From contig LBPF01000003.1 in NCBI GenBank assembly GCA_000990005.1, positions 7,479 through 71,478 on the forward strand: DNA of 64,000 nucleotides, in the 5' to 3' direction. The stretch comes from Candidatus Woesebacteria bacterium GW2011_GWB1_33_38 (lineage in GTDB: Bacteria > Patescibacteriota > Microgenomatia > UBA8517). The notes beneath the pieces are model-generated. The model did no database searches and was not told the DNA's origin. It saw only the letters and a program-made list of their open reading frames with translations. Position numbers and translations under genes: made by a program. Of this stretch, positions 57,188 to 64,000 are shown piece by piece (the stretch's first letter is position 1; every line of letters begins with the position of its first letter).

Positions 57188-58101
57188 TGAAGAAAGCATT
57201 ATTGTTTATAGTATTTCTGATTTTAATTTTTATTGGACTTTCATTTTATTTAAAAAGTTTATTTTTGCCTGTCTTAAACGACAATAAAACTGTTGATTTT
57301 TTAATAACCAAAGGGTCATCAGTTGCACAGATTGGTAATAAGCTTGAATCATCAGGATTAATTAAAAGTGGAATAGTTTTTAAATTTTATGTACAGCTAA
57401 GTAATTCACAAAGTAAAATTCAAGCCGGCGAGTTTCAACTGTCTCAAAACTTATCATTGATTCAAATTTTAGACCAACTTAAAAAAGGCCCAAAAGAGAT
57501 TTGGGTAACAATACCCGAAGGGTTGAGAAAAGAAGAAGTAGCCTTAAAATTTGCCAGTACGCTAGGAAAAGATAGTGAGTTTATCAAAGAATTTCTAAAT
57601 TTAACGGCTGGTAAAGAAGGATATTTATTTCCTGACACATATTTATTTCCGAAATCAGCAACAGCTACTCAAATTGTCAATAAATTGACCTCAACTTTTG
57701 ATAAAAAAATTGGAGATATTACATTCGAACAAGTCATAGTAGCATCTTTACTTGAAAGAGAAACATTTTCTGATTTTGAAAAACCAATTGTTGCTGGTAT
57801 TATAGACAAAAGACTTAAAAATGATTGGCCCTTGCAAATTGACGCTACACTTCAGTATGCAAAGGGTAATTGGGAACCTGTATATTCAAAAGATAAAGAA
57901 ATAAAGTCACCATTTAATACATACAAAAATTTAGGCCTTCCACCATCACCCATTGCCAGTGCAGGACTTTCTTCTTTGAAAGCCGCAATTAATCCTGAAG
58001 AAAGTGATTATTGGTATTATATTCATGATAATACCGGCAAAATCCATTTTGCCAGAACTTTAAAAGAACACAATGAAAATATACAAAAGTATCTGAATTA
58101 A
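57187..58101 (+). CDS. mltG: Endolytic transglycosylase MltG
   Basis: TIPEG, EGYLFPDTY, ASLLERE, LQIDAT, FNTY...GLPPSPI. Confidence 0.95.
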   Translation: MKKALLFIVFLILIFIGLSFYLKSLFLPVLNDNKTVDFLITKGSSVAQIGNKLESSGLIKSGIVFKFYVQLSNSQSKIQAGEFQLSQNLSLIQILDQLKKGPKEIWVTIPEGLRKEEVALKFASTLGKDSEFIKEFLNLTAGKEGYLFPDTYLFPKSATATQIVNKLTSTFDKKIGDITFEQVIVASLLERETFSDFEKPIVAGIIDKRLKNDWPLQIDATLQYAKGNWEPVYSKDKEIKSPFNTYKNLGLPPSPIASAGLSSLKAAINPEESDYWYYIHDNTGKIHFARTLKEHNENIQKYLN

Positions 58102-58121
58102 TATATAATTTTCTTATTGTC

Positions 58122-58496
58122 TTGTTATCAATTCTTTTATTTATTTCCCTTTCCAGTGTAGGATTCTTTGCATACCAAGTTCAAAACTTAACAAAAGAGT
58201 TATTAGAATCTAGAAACCAGAATCTAGCTACACAAATTCCAACATCAAACTGGAAAACATATACAAATGCAAAGTATAACTTTTTATTTAAACATCCTAA
58301 GAATTGGACTGAATCTATTGATCCTGTTATGCCAGGAGCTCAATTTACTTCTTTAGTGACATATATTGTTGATAGTAGTACAGGATCGGAATTTAGAGTT
58401 GGATACTTTCCTCATTTAAATTTACAAATTAGTTTGATTGGACAAATTGGCAGTGACATTGACAACTTGGACGGTTGTGGTATACTTCACCTATGA
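58122..58496 (+). pseudogene. Truncated paralog of the 59672 protein
   Basis: Shares LSILLFI..GFFAYQ.QNL.KEL...LATQIP and WKTY...F.FK.P..W; lacks the N-terminus, and the C-terminus reads through the next promoter. Confidence 0.65.
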
Positions 58497-59653
58497 TACA
58501 AAGAGAGATTGCAAAACAAATAAAATTAGCCTCTAAAAAATTTCCAATAATTGGAATTATTGGTCCGCGCCAATCAGGTAAAACTACTTTGGCTAAGTTG
58601 ATTTTCAAAAATTATAGATATGTAAATCTTGAAGATCCTGATGTTCGTTTGTTTGCCCAAGAAGACCCCAGAGGTTTTTTAGAAACTTATGATTCAAAGG
58701 TTATAATTGACGAAGTTCAACGAGTGCCAGACCTTTTTTCATATTTACAAGTTAGAGTGGATCAAAATACTAAATCAGGCCAATATATTTTGACTGGATC
58801 ACAAAATTTTGCTTTGATGGAAAAAGTATCACAATCTTTGGCGGGAAGAATTGCTTTGTTTAATCTGTTGCCACTCTCCTTTAGTGAACTGATAAAGAGT
58901 GGAGTTAAATATTCAAATTTCTATGAATATATATATAAAGGTAGCTATCCAAAGGTTTTTTCTGAAAAAATAAATCCTTCAATGTGGTATCCAAATTATG
59001 TCCAAACATATATTGAAAAAGATTTGCGTAGCATACAAAATTTAGTGGATTTATCTACTTTTCAGACGTTTTTAAAACTTTGCGCAGGTAGAGTTGGCCA
59101 AGTGCTTAATTTATCTTCATTAGGACAAGACGCAGGAATTAGCCATAATACAGCTAAACAATGGATTTCACTACTTCAAGCTGGGTTTATTGTTTATTTA
59201 CTCCATCCTTATTACAAAAACTTTAACAAGAGATTAATCAAATCACCAAAGTTGTATTTTTATGATACAGGCCTTTTAACTTGGTTATTAGGTGTTAGTT
59301 CAAAAGAGATGTTAAAAAATCATTTTAATATTGGTAATATTTTCGAAAATTGGATAATTTCAGAATATACTAAATTTCAGGATAATAATGGTTTACCTCT
59401 AAATGGCTATTTTTGGAGGGATAAAGTCGGGCATGAGGTAGATTTACTGATCGATAAAGGAGAAAAAGTCATAATTACTGAAATTAAATCTACTAAAACT
59501 TTTAGGTCTGATTCGTTGGGAAATATAAATTATTTGAAAGATTTAATGGTTAACAAAATACAGACAACAAATCTCATCTATGGTGGTGATCAAAATCAAC
59601 TGAGAAACAATATAAATGTTTATGGATGGAAATCTATGACAAAAGCATTTTAA
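58493..59653 (+). CDS. AAA_14 + DUF4143 ATPase
   Basis: GPRQSGKTT, IIDEVQ, LTGS, SLAGR, KSPKLYFYDTGL, EVD, EIK; TTGACA...TGnTATACT promoter. Confidence 0.9.
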   Translation: MIQREIAKQIKLASKKFPIIGIIGPRQSGKTTLAKLIFKNYRYVNLEDPDVRLFAQEDPRGFLETYDSKVIIDEVQRVPDLFSYLQVRVDQNTKSGQYILTGSQNFALMEKVSQSLAGRIALFNLLPLSFSELIKSGVKYSNFYEYIYKGSYPKVFSEKINPSMWYPNYVQTYIEKDLRSIQNLVDLSTFQTFLKLCAGRVGQVLNLSSLGQDAGISHNTAKQWISLLQAGFIVYLLHPYYKNFNKRLIKSPKLYFYDTGLLTWLLGVSSKEMLKNHFNIGNIFENWIISEYTKFQDNNGLPLNGYFWRDKVGHEVDLLIDKGEKVIITEIKSTKTFRSDSLGNINYLKDLMVNKIQTTNLIYGGDQNQLRNNINVYGWKSMTKAF

Positions 59654-59671
59654 TTGTGTTATATTTAATTT

Positions 59672-60367
59672 ATGCAAGAAAATAATTTGTCAGTAGCCAA
59701 TAGTCTACAGACTATGGAAGAACAAGCTGTAGACAATAGACCCAAAGCCAACAACTTTTTAGTTATTCTACTTTCAATATTATTATTTATTGCTCTTGTT
59801 ATTGCAGGTTTTTTTGCATACCAAACACAAAATTTAGTGAAAGAACTACAAGGAATTAGGAATGAGGAATTAGCAACACAAATACCAATTCCAACTCCAA
59901 CATATGAACCAGGACTAGAACCAGAACTTGTCCCAATTGAAGTGTTAACAAAAGATTGGAAGACATATAACGATAGCAAAAATAACATTTCATTTAAATA
60001 TCCACCTACTTGGGCATATGAACTTGGAGAAACAGGTATTACAAATGGATATGCTGGTTTTGATACAAAAATATTAAACAATGAAAAAAATATTAACTAT
60101 TTTTTTAGTGTAAATCTCGAAACACTTCCAGATTTTAATAATTGGTCCAAATACGTATCAACCAAAAAAATTAACAGTCAAACCATAAATAATAAAACTT
60201 TTGACAAATATATTTTGGCAGACATGTATTACTCGTTGAATTATATTTATAAACAAGACGGAAAGATGATCAGGTTTATGCTGTATCCATATACAGAAAT
60301 TGAACAGACAACTGTTTTAGATAAAACTATTGACCAAATTCTTTCCACTTTTAAATTTACTGATTAA
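59672..60367 (+). CDS. Membrane-anchored protein with a PsbP-like extracellular domain
   Basis: TM, PTPT linker, WKTY....ISFKYP..W, terminal DQILSTFKF. Confidence 0.7.
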   Translation: MQENNLSVANSLQTMEEQAVDNRPKANNFLVILLSILLFIALVIAGFFAYQTQNLVKELQGIRNEELATQIPIPTPTYEPGLEPELVPIEVLTKDWKTYNDSKNNISFKYPPTWAYELGETGITNGYAGFDTKILNNEKNINYFFSVNLETLPDFNNWSKYVSTKKINSQTINNKTFDKYILADMYYSLNYIYKQDGKMIRFMLYPYTEIEQTTVLDKTIDQILSTFKFTD

Positions 60368-60385
60368 TTTTCTTAAATTAACTAC

Positions 60386-60450
60386 TTGACAAGCTTCGTT
60401 TTATCCCTATAATTCTTCACAGGCGTACATTTGTACGTTTTCCTTTTTTC
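60386..60450 (+). promoter_or_regulatory. rpoB promoter and leader hairpin
   Basis: TTGACA (60386) -16 bp- TATAAT (60408); GGCGTACA-tt-TGTACGTT followed by a T-rich tract. Confidence 0.7.
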
Positions 60451-60462
60451 GACAATAAACAA

Positions 60463-64000
<3,538 letters not shown>

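Overview
AT-rich bacterial chromosome segment, standard genetic code. It is most consistent with Patescibacteria/CPR, probably Microgenomates; this is inferred from trimmed IF-2, AlaRS, DprA and Lon, many small TA modules and near-universal leaderless genes. Housekeeping genes: metG, rmuC, two UvrD-type helicases, comM-yraN-dprA, a femAB-like pair, murJ, CIRCE-hrcA-grpE-dnaK-dnaJ, nusA-infB, rpsO-pnp, rnj, ftsK, alaS, ruvX, mltG, rpoB and the start of rpoC. A surface block encodes LCP, three GT-C/PMT-type glycosyltransferases, Cys-rich LPxTG-like proteins and PilN/PilO-like proteins; a sortase lies elsewhere in the window. Six TA modules and a Fic gene are scattered singly. The most unusual signal is a layer of tiny repeats written in-frame into genes: (1) a GC-rich palindrome family CCTGCCTG-(2-4 nt)-CAGGCAGG in nusA, infB, pnp and rnj, giving LPAQAG/LPAGRQV/LPDGRQV peptides; (2) an AGG(G/T)TC-N-GACCT palindrome family; (3) other GC hairpins; (4) degenerate 7- and 8-bp tandem arrays in protein linkers. 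An intact small GIY-YIG nuclease gene is bracketed by perfect 15-bp inverted repeats and is a candidate autonomous mobiliser; that link is inference. Also seen: a TA cassette flanked by a duplicated gene 3' end, a candidate antisense structured RNA behind a DUF3800-like gene, and deletion/frameshift breaks in metG and pcrA that may be assembly errors. No rRNA, tRNA or CRISPR array was seen.
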